Notes under the pieces: generated by a model
Databases searched by the model: none
Told to the model about the DNA's origin: nothing
The model's input: only the letters and a program-made list of their open reading frames with translations
Assembly (NCBI GenBank): GCA_038316195.1
Contig: JBBQAJ010000003.1
Coordinates: 4,056-68,055 of the forward strand
Source: Candidatus Saccharimonadales bacterium
GTDB lineage: Bacteria; Patescibacteriota; Saccharimonadia; Saccharimonadales; JBBQAJ01
DNA: 64,000 nucleotides
Direction: 5' to 3'
In this document: one piece after another, positions 26,626 to 36,604 of the stretch
How the letters are laid out: each line of letters begins with the position of its first letter
Numbering within the stretch: the first letter of the stretch is position 1
Program-made: the position numbers and the translations under genes

Positions 26626-27921
26626 TTGAGTTTCGACAAAAAAACAATTCTTGATATAGACGTACAAGGCAAGCGTATTCTTTTGCGAGTAGATTATAAC
26701 GTCCCATTGGATAGTTCAGGACATATTACTGACGACTATAGGATTAAAAAATCCTTGCCAACAATTAAGTATTTGTTAGAACGAAATGCAAAAATAATTA
26801 TTTTATCTCACTTGGGTCGTCCCGAAGGAAAAGTTGATAAAAAGTACACCTTGAAACCTTGTGCTGAGCGCCTAGCTAAAATCCTGGATAAACCAGTTAG
26901 TTTTATTGAAGATTGTATTGGAAGTGAAGTTGATAAACATCTAAACGAAATACAGCCTGCGAGCATAACATTACTTGAAAATGTTCGATTTCATCCAGAG
27001 GAAGAATCAAACAATGACGAATTTGCCAAAAAGTTGGCTTCATACGCAGATATTTTTGTCCAAGATGCTTTTGGCGTAGTCCATCACCCGGCTGTTTCAG
27101 TTACTGAAATACCTAAATATCTTCCAGCTGTTGCTGGACTGTTGTTGGAAAAAGAAGTCGACACTATTACAGATGTTATGGATAACCCCAAGCGACCATT
27201 AATGGCAATAATTGGTGGTGCAAAAATCAGTGACAAACTAGATGTTATTAATCGATTTATAGATATAGCAGACTTTGTGGCTATAGGTGGCGCGATGGCT
27301 AACACTTTTCTACTCGCAGAAGGTATAAAAGTTGGTAAAAGCCTAGTTGAGCCAGACTCTGTTGCACTTGCCAAAAAAATTATTTTAAGAGCAGCTGCAA
27401 AAGCTAAAAAACAAAAATTTACTTTCTATATTCCTCAAGACGGTGTGGCTGCAACTGAAATGTCTAAAACTGCCAAAACACGGATTGTTGATTGGGATGC
27501 TCACGTAATAGCACAGGAAGAAAATTATCCAAAACAACCACCCAGAAGGTCCGCATATGTACTTGCAGATGAGCAAATTTTAGATATAGGACCATTTACT
27601 GGAGCATTTATAGCAGGAGCCATGCAACAGTGTAATACAGTTGTTTGGAACGGTGCTATGGGGGTTACAGAGATACCAGCGCTAAATGGTCCTGTTGGAC
27701 CTTTTTCTCACGGAACTGATCTGATTGTAGATTCAATGCTTGGTGAATATGGCCAAAAGCCCTTTACAGTTTTGGGTGGGGGTGACACTGTTGGCTATAT
27801 TGAATCACTTAAACTTACCGATATGTTCAACCATGTTTCTACTGGAGGGGGCGCAAGTATGGAACTTATGAGTGGTAAAAAATTACCAGGAGTAGAAGCG
27901 CTCCAAAATAAGAGTAACTAA
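26626..27921 (+). CDS. pgk: phosphoglycerate kinase
   Basis: TTG start. RVDYNVP, LSHLGRP, GGAKISDK, GGGDT, STGGGAS. Confidence 0.9.
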   Translation: MSFDKKTILDIDVQGKRILLRVDYNVPLDSSGHITDDYRIKKSLPTIKYLLERNAKIIILSHLGRPEGKVDKKYTLKPCAERLAKILDKPVSFIEDCIGSEVDKHLNEIQPASITLLENVRFHPEEESNNDEFAKKLASYADIFVQDAFGVVHHPAVSVTEIPKYLPAVAGLLLEKEVDTITDVMDNPKRPLMAIIGGAKISDKLDVINRFIDIADFVAIGGAMANTFLLAEGIKVGKSLVEPDSVALAKKIILRAAAKAKKQKFTFYIPQDGVAATEMSKTAKTRIVDWDAHVIAQEENYPKQPPRRSAYVLADEQILDIGPFTGAFIAGAMQQCNTVVWNGAMGVTEIPALNGPVGPFSHGTDLIVDSMLGEYGQKPFTVLGGGDTVGYIESLKLTDMFNHVSTGGGASMELMSGKKLPGVEALQNKSN

Positions 27922-27944
27922 ATGGTACAATAAGCATAACTGTT

Positions 27945-28742
27945 ATGAAAAGAACGCTAATAGTCGGAAATTGGAAAATGAACCTCACTGTCCATGAGGC
28001 CAGTATCTTAGTTCATAGACTTACCGAACGTATTAGAATTCATCGTGATGTTGAGTTAGTTATTGCCCCTAGCCTAGTAAGCTTGCAACCAATGTATATG
28101 CAAATCGATCATCGTAAATTTGAGTTAGCTGCCCAGAATGCTTATCATGTGGACGAAGGTCAATTTACTGGAGAAGTTAGCTTTAGCATGCTCCGTGGTT
28201 TAGTAGATTATGTGATAATTGGTCATTCCGATAGACGACATAAGTTTGGAGAAGGTTTAGAGACTGTACGTGATAAGGTTGCGGCATGTGTAAGAAATGA
28301 AATAGCTCCAATATTATGTGTTGGTGAAACCAAACACGAAAGACTAGAAGGTGAGACTATGCAAGTTCTGCACGACCAAGTAACCACAGCACTTAGCAAT
28401 CTAACTGACGACGAAGTTGAAGAAATCGTTATTGCGTATGAACCAGTATGGGCGCTTAGTAATGGCAGGGATTACAGCCACCATGAAATCCCAACTCCTG
28501 ACATAATTGCAAAAGCTATCAGTTCTATAAGAAATAACATAAGGCATTTATACGGCAAAAGCGTATCTGAAAACGTACGAGTACTTTACGGTGGAAGTTC
28601 AAGCTCTTCAACTGCTCATGGATTACTTTCAATTGAAGGTGTTGATGGCTTATTGGTAGGGGGCGCAAGTCTGAATTACCATGAGTTTAGTGGTATTGTT
28701 GAAGCGGCATACAGGGTAAATCATGAAGCAGAAGAATCGTAA
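27945..28742 (+). CDS. tpiA: triosephosphate isomerase
   Basis: VGNWKMN, IIGHSDRR, CVGE, AYEPVWA, YGGS. Confidence 0.9.
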   Translation: MKRTLIVGNWKMNLTVHEASILVHRLTERIRIHRDVELVIAPSLVSLQPMYMQIDHRKFELAAQNAYHVDEGQFTGEVSFSMLRGLVDYVIIGHSDRRHKFGEGLETVRDKVAACVRNEIAPILCVGETKHERLEGETMQVLHDQVTTALSNLTDDEVEEIVIAYEPVWALSNGRDYSHHEIPTPDIIAKAISSIRNNIRHLYGKSVSENVRVLYGGSSSSSTAHGLLSIEGVDGLLVGGASLNYHEFSGIVEAAYRVNHEAEES

Positions 28743-29319
28743 AATGACCCCGAAAAAAGACGCTTCAAAAACAATGGATGTGTCAAAACCAGGCAAAACC
28801 GATCCTGATATTTCGTCTAGGCCAGTGTTAGTTACAAATCATTCTATGGTACAAGATCCAACCCTTAAAGAGGACAATAAGCCCACCCTAAAACCTATGG
28901 TCGCAAGCGCTGCACGAGTCGATAAAATTATTAGTCCAGTTGGGGAGATTACCCAAGAAACTACAAAAGTGGCAGCAGAAAATCCAATTTCAAAAGAAAC
29001 AGGAGAAAAAACTGATACTGAGAAAAAACAAGCCCAAGAAGCAGCAGTTGTAGACGCAGTAGCCGACCAAGCTACTGAAGACAAGAAAAAACAAAACAAA
29101 TTGAGCGATGAAGAACTAGCCCGAAAAAAAGAAATAGAACAACTTATTACTGACAAAAAATATTTTGTGCCAATTGGCCAAGTTTCAAAAAGACGCAACC
29201 GACGTATGTTAATAGTATTCTTAGTAATTTTGGTATTGGTAATCATAGGTTATTTAGCCATAGATGCTGGAATTATAAAATCATCTGTAACGCTACCATT
29301 TGATATTATAAAAAATTAA
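28723..29319 (+). CDS. Lys/Glu-rich protein with C-terminal TM helix, unknown function
   Basis: ORF overlaps the tpiA end by 20 nt. Low-complexity charged region followed by LIVFLVILVLVIIGYLAI. Confidence 0.5.
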   Translation: MKQKNRKMTPKKDASKTMDVSKPGKTDPDISSRPVLVTNHSMVQDPTLKEDNKPTLKPMVASAARVDKIISPVGEITQETTKVAAENPISKETGEKTDTEKKQAQEAAVVDAVADQATEDKKKQNKLSDEELARKKEIEQLITDKKYFVPIGQVSKRRNRRMLIVFLVILVLVIIGYLAIDAGIIKSSVTLPFDIIKN

Positions 29320-29333
29320 TCTGTTAAAATATC

Positions 29334-32300
29334 TTGGTGTTAAATGACTTATTAGTAGGGCTAAATTCTGAACAACAGCGTGCCGTAGAAATAACTGAAG
29401 GGCCACTTTTGATTCTTGCTGGTGCTGGCAGTGGTAAAACAAAAACACTGACACATCGAATAGCGCATCTTATATCCTCAAATAAAGCCACCCCATATAA
29501 CATTTTAGCCGTGACTTTTACTAATAAAGCTGCAAAAGAAATGCGTCAGCGTGTATGGGAACTAATGAATTCAACCACTTCAGAAGAAGTTCCGAGAAGC
29601 TTTATGCCATTTATGGGAACATTTCATGGTATCTGTGTCCGAATGTTAAGACAAGACGGTGAATATGTACATGTACCTAAAAACTTCGTAATTTTTGATG
29701 AAAGTGACAGGCAAAGTGCCATAAAACGAGCCAGTAAGCAACTAATGATAGATGAAAAAGCTTTTCCACCTAGGGCTATTTCTAACTTGATTAGTAGTGC
29801 CAAAAACGAACTTATTTCACCCGCCGATTACCTGGGGATGGGAAGTGGACCACTACACAAATCAGCAGCACAAGTGTATCCTCTTTACCAAAAATTATTA
29901 AAAGATAATCAAGCGCTTGACTTCGATGATTTAATTGGTCGAGTAGTACAGTTGTTGCAAACAAATCAAGAAATTCGTGACAAATGGCGAAACCAATTTT
30001 CTTACGTTATGATTGACGAGTATCAAGATACCAATGCCGCTCAATATAAACTTATACAATTACTTATAAACGAAAAGCACAATATTGCCGTTGTGGGCGA
30101 TGATTGGCAGTGCTTGGTACCTGGTACGTTGGTTGAAACGCTTACAGGGAATAAAAAAATCGAAGATATCAAAAAAGACGATATTGTTCGATCAGCTAGT
30201 GGCTATGGCAAGACGGGATTCTTTAAAGTTATTGAGCGTAAAAAATTTGACTACTCGGGCACTATGGTCCAGATTAAGACAGATTCTGGCAAACTAATTT
30301 CTGTCACTCCAAGCCACATGCTATTTACGAGATGGGATAGTAGTGATTCGTACTTTGTTTATTTGATGTTTTCAAAAGAGAAAGGCTATAGGATTGGTTT
30401 AACTAAAGGTACGCGATTTGATGGCAAGAAAAACGATACTGGACTACGCGTTCGCGCCAATCAAGAACGCGCCGACAGTATGTGGATTCTTAAGGTGTGC
30501 AAAGATCACGAAGAAGCCTTATTTACTGAAGCACTTCTTGCCTATAAATATGGCATTCCGATGCTGGTCTTTCATGCATACAGTAATCGTACAATGCTCT
30601 TGAGCCAAAATCATATAAATGCAATTTACCAACAAATAGATACTAGGAGTAGAGCTGAGTTGCTAATGAAAGATTTTGAGCTAGCTTTTGAGTACCCACA
30701 CTTTGTTCCAGGGGGAACCACGAGAAACGACGTAAAGCGAGTAAACATAAATATCGTATTGTTTGGTGATAAACGTATAAAGTCTCAAGGTGGTTGGGCA
30801 GCAAGTAGAATCTCTGCAAACACATCAGATCAAACAGATTTGATCGCTTTTGAAAAAGCAGGTTACAAAGTTCGAGCCGGAAGAGCAGGTACATACCGTA
30901 GCGAAATTCACAAACTAGACTATGGAGCAATCGAGAAGATACTTGATCAATTAAAGGCAGGAAACATCTCAATTCAGGTGAAAAAATATACCTATATGAC
31001 TGATAACAAATTCGCTTTTACTCCGGCTAGTCACGTGCATCCAGGCATGATAGTTCCCGTGACTGATAAGATTGGAATAATTGAAGAAAAAGTAATTGAG
31101 GTCACTAGAAAACACATGGCTGGAGCTGTATATGACTTAGACGTGGAAAACGTACATAATTACTCAGCAAACGGAATGGTAGTACACAACTCAATTTATA
31201 GTTGGCGAGGTGCTGATTTTCGCAACATATTGAAATTTGAAAAAGACTACCCCAGCGCAACTATTATTAAACTTGAGCAAAACTACCGTAGTACCAAATC
31301 TATTTTAGATGCAGCTCACGCCGTAATAACTAAAAATGACAATAGATCTGATAAAAAACTTTGGACAGATGCAGGAACTGGAAAGCCAGTACAAATTACT
31401 CAAGTGAACAGCGAACGAGCTGAAGGAGAAGCCATAATCCGACGAGTAAAAATTGCGACAGATTTAAAAGCTCGCAAATTTGGTGATTTTGCAGTACTTT
31501 ATCGAACAAACGCTCAAAGTAGAGCAATAGAAGAATCATTTATTCGATACGGCATTCCATATAGGATTGTTGGAGGTCAGAGGTTTTATGATCGCAAAGA
31601 AATAAAAGATATAATGGCATATTTACGGCTAATTTATCAGCCATCTGACAGAGTAAGCTTCCAGCGCATTGTAAATGTTCCAACGCGAGGAATTGGTGCA
31701 AAATCGATTGAAAATTTCTTCAATTGGGCTGAAGCAAACAATCTATCTTTGCAAGGCGTGCTTCAAGATGTGAAAAATATACCTGGACTCACTGGCAAAG
31801 CAAGAACCGGTTTTTTAGTACTTGCCGATATTGTAAATTCATTTAGAGAAATTATGGACAAAACACCATTACCAGTGATGTTGGATAGTTTGTTGCGACG
31901 TCTGGATTATATGACATTCCTGGACGACAAGACTCCCCAAGGAGATTCACGTCAGGAAAATGTAAAAGAATTGCTTAGCGTAGCCAAAAGTTACCAGGAT
32001 GTTGGACTAGATGGGTTTTTGGAAGAAGTTGCCCTAATAAGCGACTTAGATAGTGCCGATTTTGGTAACAACGTTGTCACTCTGATGACTCTTCACGCTG
32101 CAAAGGGACTGGAATTTCCAGTAGTTTTTATGATTGGAATGGAAGAAACAATATTTCCACATTCTAGGTCACTATATGATCAAGCCGAAATGGAAGAAGA
32201 GCGTCGTTTGTGCTATGTCGGTATGACTCGAGCCAAAGAAGAGCTAAATTTGCTACACGCAAGTAGTCGACTGCTTTATGGTGGTATGCAGCACAATCCA

Positions 32301-32573
32301 CCATCTAGATTTCTTTCAGAAATTGATGGTGAAAACAATTTTATGAACGATTTTGACAACAGTTTTATAGCACCAACACCAAAAACATTAAACTCGAAAT
32401 CGACAGACGAAATTCGCTACACTCCAGAATTAGAAGAAGGAGACGGAGTTATGCATGAGATTTTTGGTAAGGGAACCGTCGTTGAACTGGATGGAGATAA
32501 CGCCACAATATACTTCAAAGGCAAAGGGTCCAAAAAGTTAAACATAGCATTCGCTCCGTTAGAAAAAATATAG
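29334..32573 (+). CDS. pcrA: PcrA/UvrD-type superfamily-1 DNA helicase, intein-containing precursor
   Basis: GLNSEQQRAV, AGAGSGKT, DEYQDTN. Motif III is split as VVGDDWQ | intein | SIYSWRGAD. Also YRS, VTLMTLHAAKGLEF, CYVGMTRA. The extein is 719 aa. Confidence 0.9.
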   Translation: MVLNDLLVGLNSEQQRAVEITEGPLLILAGAGSGKTKTLTHRIAHLISSNKATPYNILAVTFTNKAAKEMRQRVWELMNSTTSEEVPRSFMPFMGTFHGICVRMLRQDGEYVHVPKNFVIFDESDRQSAIKRASKQLMIDEKAFPPRAISNLISSAKNELISPADYLGMGSGPLHKSAAQVYPLYQKLLKDNQALDFDDLIGRVVQLLQTNQEIRDKWRNQFSYVMIDEYQDTNAAQYKLIQLLINEKHNIAVVGDDWQCLVPGTLVETLTGNKKIEDIKKDDIVRSASGYGKTGFFKVIERKKFDYSGTMVQIKTDSGKLISVTPSHMLFTRWDSSDSYFVYLMFSKEKGYRIGLTKGTRFDGKKNDTGLRVRANQERADSMWILKVCKDHEEALFTEALLAYKYGIPMLVFHAYSNRTMLLSQNHINAIYQQIDTRSRAELLMKDFELAFEYPHFVPGGTTRNDVKRVNINIVLFGDKRIKSQGGWAASRISANTSDQTDLIAFEKAGYKVRAGRAGTYRSEIHKLDYGAIEKILDQLKAGNISIQVKKYTYMTDNKFAFTPASHVHPGMIVPVTDKIGIIEEKVIEVTRKHMAGAVYDLDVENVHNYSANGMVVHNSIYSWRGADFRNILKFEKDYPSATIIKLEQNYRSTKSILDAAHAVITKNDNRSDKKLWTDAGTGKPVQITQVNSERAEGEAIIRRVKIATDLKARKFGDFAVLYRTNAQSRAIEESFIRYGIPYRIVGGQRFYDRKEIKDIMAYLRLIYQPSDRVSFQRIVNVPTRGIGAKSIENFFNWAEANNLSLQGVLQDVKNIPGLTGKARTGFLVLADIVNSFREIMDKTPLPVMLDSLLRRLDYMTFLDDKTPQGDSRQENVKELLSVAKSYQDVGLDGFLEEVALISDLDSADFGNNVVTLMTLHAAKGLEFPVVFMIGMEETIFPHSRSLYDQAEMEEERRLCYVGMTRAKEELNLLHASSRLLYGGMQHNPPSRFLSEIDGENNFMNDFDNSFIAPTPKTLNSKSTDEIRYTPELEEGDGVMHEIFGKGTVVELDGDNATIYFKGKGSKKLNIAFAPLEKI
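30111..31190 (+). mobile_element. class-1 intein (360 aa) inserted in helicase motif III
   Basis: Starts with Cys (CLVPGTLVET, block A). Block B is VTPSHMLF. Ends ...NGMVVHN followed by +1 Ser. Removing it restores VGDDWQSIYSWRGA. Confidence 0.85.
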
Positions 32574-32661
32574 CAAAAAAAGTCAACGCAAAGGTTTGTT
32601 ATACTACAAGCTGTTATGAGCCTATCCATGAAATCGTGACCAATCGCTTTTACAATAAATT

Positions 32662-33876
32662 ATGACCAAGAAAAAATCTTACAATCGAGACAAAACTCCA
32701 CGACAACTACACAAACACCCACTTGTAGTCCCAGTTGTTACGTTTATTTTCTTAAGCTTTTTTACGATGTTCGGCTTAGTCGCGTTAAATGGCCAAACGA
32801 TTGGTCCTGATGATGCCCATGTAGTGCAATTATCGTTAGATAATAAAAAGCAAACAATTCCAACTCGAGCAAGTTCTGTAGAGGACTTCTTGAAAAGAGC
32901 AAATATAAAACTTGAAGAAGGTGATGTTGTAGAACCAAGTGCAGATACGCCAATTGACGCCTTCAATTTTCGTATCAATGTATATAGGGCACGACCGGTT
33001 ACGATTTTGGACGGTGGCAAGCGAATACAGGCATTAAGCGCAGCGACTACTTCACGTAGCGTCGCCAACCAAGCTGGCATAAAGGTTTATCCAGAAGATG
33101 AGTTAAAGCAAGAAACATCATCTGATGTTCTACGTGACCAGGTTCTTGGTGATAAAATAACTATTAACCGTGCCATCCCAGCAAATCTTAATTTATACGG
33201 CACTCCAGTTTTGATTAGAACACATGCAAAAACTGTTGGAGAGTTTTTAAAAGAAAAAAATGTACTACTTACAAGTGGCGATACTGTAAACCCAATCAAA
33301 GAAACTCCAATCACACCAGAAATTCAAGTTTTTGTGACGAGAGTAGGTACAAAAATAATAACGGCAGAAGAACCAATTGCAATGGAAGTTCAAACCACAG
33401 AAGATCCAAGCCTAAACTTCGGTGCGACGGCCATTAGGCAAAAAGGCAGTCCAGGTAAAAAACTTGTAACTTACCAACTAGAATTGCAAAACGGTGTAGA
33501 AACTGGTCGTAAAGTAATTCAAGAAGTACGTACCGAAGAACCAGTTTTACAGATAGTTGCTAGAGGTAAGGCATTTAATGTCGAAAAAGATAAAAGTACT
33601 GTTATGGAACTTGCTGGAATAAATGTATCTCAAGATTACCCCTACGTAGACTATATAATAAACAAAGAATCGCACTGGAGCCCGCTTTCAAGAAATGTAT
33701 CTTCTGGCGCCTATGGACTAGGTCAAGCTTTCCCAGGTAGTAAAATGGCAGTGTTTGGAGCGGATTGGGAAACCAACCCAGTCACACAACTCAAATGGGC
33801 GAATAGTTACGCTGTGGCTCGGTACGGGAGTTGGGGTGCAGCATATCAGTACTGGTTAACTAATCATGTCTGGTAA
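32662..33876 (+). CDS. DUF348/G5-domain cell-wall hydrolase (C-terminal lytic-transglycosylase/lysozyme-like domain)
   Basis: N-terminal TM. DUF348-like repeats (..TRASSVEDFLKRANIKLEEGD..). G5-like block ending VLQIVARG. C-terminal INKESHWSPLSRNVSSGAYGLGQAFPGSKM. Confidence 0.7.
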   Translation: MTKKKSYNRDKTPRQLHKHPLVVPVVTFIFLSFFTMFGLVALNGQTIGPDDAHVVQLSLDNKKQTIPTRASSVEDFLKRANIKLEEGDVVEPSADTPIDAFNFRINVYRARPVTILDGGKRIQALSAATTSRSVANQAGIKVYPEDELKQETSSDVLRDQVLGDKITINRAIPANLNLYGTPVLIRTHAKTVGEFLKEKNVLLTSGDTVNPIKETPITPEIQVFVTRVGTKIITAEEPIAMEVQTTEDPSLNFGATAIRQKGSPGKKLVTYQLELQNGVETGRKVIQEVRTEEPVLQIVARGKAFNVEKDKSTVMELAGINVSQDYPYVDYIINKESHWSPLSRNVSSGAYGLGQAFPGSKMAVFGADWETNPVTQLKWANSYAVARYGSWGAAYQYWLTNHVW

Positions 33877-34669
33877 CAGCGAAGTCAAAACTAAAAAAAG
33901 TTTAGGACAGCACTGGTTAAATGATCTGCCAACACTTGAATATATTTGTAATGAAGCCAAGATTAACTCCACGGACACAGTCCTTGAAATAGGTCCAGGA
34001 ACAGGAAATTTGACACAAATTTTAGTGAAATCTGCTAAAAAAGTAATAGCTGTCGAGTTTGACGATAATCTTGCCAAGCAATTGCCAAGTAGAGTAAAGG
34101 CAGCTAATTTGATTGTAGTTAATCAGGACATACTTGAATTTAACTTGACCAAAATCGAACCAAACTACAAAGTTGTTGCCAATATACCATACTACCTAAC
34201 AAGCAACTTAATACGTACACTTTCAGAATCTACTAACCCACCATTAAGCACAGTACTACTTATTCAAAAAGAAGTTGCACAGAGAGTGGCGGCTCCACCA
34301 GGAAAGATGTCACTACTTTCAGTAAGTGCGCAATTTTATTGGCACGTTGGTCTTGGTGAAATTGTTCTTGCGAGTCTTTTTACTCCACCACCAAAAGTAG
34401 ATTCCCAGGTGATAACACTTGATAGACGTCTAGAGCCACTATTCCCAGCCATCGACGTTAAGCTGTTTTTCCGGCTAGTCAAAGCTGGTTTTGCCACTAG
34501 ACGCAAAACACTTCTCAATTCTTTGGCAGGGGGATTGAAAACAGATAAAGAAACTATTCAAAATGCTCTTGATTTTACGCATATTTCATCTGGTTTGCGA
34601 GCTCAAGCGTTGTCGCTTGATGATTGGTATACAATTTACGAATCATTTTCTGAACTAAAAATTATATAG
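33866..34669 (+). CDS. rsmA: 16S rRNA (adenine1518/1519-N6)-dimethyltransferase
   Basis: KKSLGQHWL, EIGPGTGNLT, ANIPYYLTS. Confidence 0.9.
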   Translation: MSGNSEVKTKKSLGQHWLNDLPTLEYICNEAKINSTDTVLEIGPGTGNLTQILVKSAKKVIAVEFDDNLAKQLPSRVKAANLIVVNQDILEFNLTKIEPNYKVVANIPYYLTSNLIRTLSESTNPPLSTVLLIQKEVAQRVAAPPGKMSLLSVSAQFYWHVGLGEIVLASLFTPPPKVDSQVITLDRRLEPLFPAIDVKLFFRLVKAGFATRRKTLLNSLAGGLKTDKETIQNALDFTHISSGLRAQALSLDDWYTIYESFSELKII

Positions 34670-34690
34670 ATCCCCTGCCCTTTTGAATAA

Positions 34691-34727
34691 AACACTTGAC
34701 GTGTTAAGTATTATTCAGTTACACTTG
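34691..34727 (+). promoter_or_regulatory. candidate MarR operator: inverted repeat AACAC-TTGAC-GTGTT plus a second ACACTTG copy 29 nt downstream
   Basis: Repeats read directly in the 80-nt gap upstream of the MarR gene. Confidence 0.3.
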
Positions 34728-34748
34728 TAGCGTAAGAGGTTTTTAGGT

Positions 34749-35213
34749 ATGGGCCCATCAAACAGTATCGGTTATCTGCTCCAACATCTTTCTGGTGTTT
34801 TGGCAAAACAATCCGATCAAGCTTTGCAGGAACGACTAGGTATAGGATTTTCGCAGTATAAGATACTACGAGTGCTTCAGCACAGTCCTCACACACAACA
34901 ACGTGAAATTGCAGAGTGGCTTGGTCAAACGGAAGCTAGTATAAGTCGACAGATAAAACTTATGATTGACAAGGGGCTTTTGGTTTCAGTGGTAAGTCCT
35001 AAGAACCGAAGAGAACATCTGACAACACCAACAGTAAAAGGTGTGCGCATGACAGAAGAAGCAGTGAGTGTATTGAATAGTACCCATTCAGAGATGTTCA
35101 ATGATATAGGTGAAAAACAACAGAAACAACTACTTTCAACCCTGAGTGATATGCATCATCATGCTTGCCAATCCGGTAAAATTGGCGCTTGTCACCACCC
35201 CTATAACACTTAA
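34749..35213 (+). CDS. MarR-family transcriptional regulator
   Basis: Winged-HTH pattern ...FSQYKILRVLQHSPHTQQREIAEWLGQTEASISRQIKLMIDKGLL... Confidence 0.8.
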   Translation: MGPSNSIGYLLQHLSGVLAKQSDQALQERLGIGFSQYKILRVLQHSPHTQQREIAEWLGQTEASISRQIKLMIDKGLLVSVVSPKNRREHLTTPTVKGVRMTEEAVSVLNSTHSEMFNDIGEKQQKQLLSTLSDMHHHACQSGKIGACHHPYNT

Positions 35214-35241
35214 AATAACAAATATAATCAGGAGAAACCAC

Positions 35242-36552
35242 ATGAGCAACATCAATCAAAAAATGGCAAGCAGGGCTCTTCCGGCAGTTATATTTACTAT
35301 TTTTCTGGATGTGCTCGGTGTTGGAATATTACTCCCGATTATTCCACAATTGCTAGCAAATCCAAGATCTGCATACTATTTACTACCTGCAGGTTGGACA
35401 TTTAAAGGTGGTTTGATATTACTTGGTTGGTTAACAGCTATTTACCCACTAATGCAGTTTTTTTCGACTCCTATTCTAGGACAGCTTTCTGATCGATTTG
35501 GACGCAAAAAAGTTCTTGGTTTGAGTATTGCTGGTACAGCTGTAGGTTATGTATTGTTTGCGATTGGTATTCTTACTCGTAATTTACCACTTTTATTTTT
35601 TTCCAGAGCATTTGACGGTATTACAGGTGGAAATTTGAGCGTTGCTCAAGCCGTAATTGCCGATGTGACTGCACCAAAAGATCGCACTAAAAACTTTGCC
35701 TTAATTGGTGCGGCGTTTGGTATGGGGTTTGTCATGGGTCCTTATGTAGGGGCCAAACTTGCTACTCCAAACTTGAGCTTTTTCGGTTTGTTTCACACAC
35801 CCCACTGGTTTAATCCGTCAACGCCGTTTTGGTTTACTGCCATACTAAGTGCTATAAATGTTCTTTTAGTAATTTTCCTATTACCTGAAACACACAAACA
35901 TTTTAAGCAAGTTAAAATAAAACTAAATCAATCATTAAAAAATATCGTTAAAGCGGCAACATACCCCGGACTTAGAGTCGTATTTCCGTCTGTATTTTTG
36001 TTCTGGGGTGGATTTGCATTTTTCCAAACCTTTTTTACAGTTTTACTTATTCAAAAACTGAAATTTAGTCCAAGCAACATCGGAGATTATTTTGCTTATG
36101 TAGGAATTTGGATTGCATTTACTCAAGCTATTATTACGCCACGTGTTGCCAAACGGTTTAAAAATTATCAAGTTCTACGCATAAGCTTAATAGCTGTCGG
36201 AATTGGATTATTACTAAACCTGTGGGCACACAACACAGTAGAGCTACTTCTTGTAACGCCACTATTTGCAGTGTTTGTGGGTCAAACAATTGCCAATAGT
36301 ACATCGCTAGTTAGTAATTCTGTTGGACCAGAAATCCAGGGTGAGGTGCTAGGTATTAACTTTTCAGTACAAGCGTTAGCACAAGCAATCCCAGCCGCTT
36401 TGAGTGGGTATCTTGCAGCAATTGGTATAGGTACGCCAGTTATTGTCGGTTCGGCATTTGTTATATCCGGTGGAATCCTGTTCTGGACAATATACAAACC
36501 ATCAAAACATGTCTTGTATGCTGAAGCTGGTCCAGTAACAGCTAGCCACTAG
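35242..36552 (+). CDS. major facilitator superfamily transporter (drug/H+ antiporter-like, 12 TM)
   Basis: AGGAGA RBS. MFS motif A GQLSDRFGRKKV. About 12 hydrophobic helices. Confidence 0.85.
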   Translation: MSNINQKMASRALPAVIFTIFLDVLGVGILLPIIPQLLANPRSAYYLLPAGWTFKGGLILLGWLTAIYPLMQFFSTPILGQLSDRFGRKKVLGLSIAGTAVGYVLFAIGILTRNLPLLFFSRAFDGITGGNLSVAQAVIADVTAPKDRTKNFALIGAAFGMGFVMGPYVGAKLATPNLSFFGLFHTPHWFNPSTPFWFTAILSAINVLLVIFLLPETHKHFKQVKIKLNQSLKNIVKAATYPGLRVVFPSVFLFWGGFAFFQTFFTVLLIQKLKFSPSNIGDYFAYVGIWIAFTQAIITPRVAKRFKNYQVLRISLIAVGIGLLLNLWAHNTVELLLVTPLFAVFVGQTIANSTSLVSNSVGPEIQGEVLGINFSVQALAQAIPAALSGYLAAIGIGTPVIVGSAFVISGGILFWTIYKPSKHVLYAEAGPVTASH

Positions 36553-36604
36553 CAAACAATTGACATAAGTGGTATAATGCATAGACCTCAAATGAGGTAA
36601 ATTG

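Noticed and set aside
27370-27560. About 20-aa longer segment in PGK (..KQKFTFYIPQDGVAATEMSKTAKTRIVDWDAHVIAQEENYPKQPPRRSAYV..) compared with typical enzymes
   Set aside because: It is a surface-loop length variation in a hinge-distal region. There is no evidence of an inserted domain or mobile element.
25163-28742. pyk-pgk-tpiA as an unusual glycolytic arrangement (no gap, pgm or eno adjacent)
   Set aside because: Gene order of glycolytic clusters varies widely and the missing steps may be elsewhere. It is not informative from this window alone.
30085-30972. ORFs 30085-30297, 30418-30603 and 30643-30972 inside the intein region (possible free-standing homing endonuclease gene)
   Set aside because: They are out of frame or antisense to the continuous helicase-intein frame, are short and have no nuclease motifs. 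Any endonuclease is more likely part of the intein frame itself.
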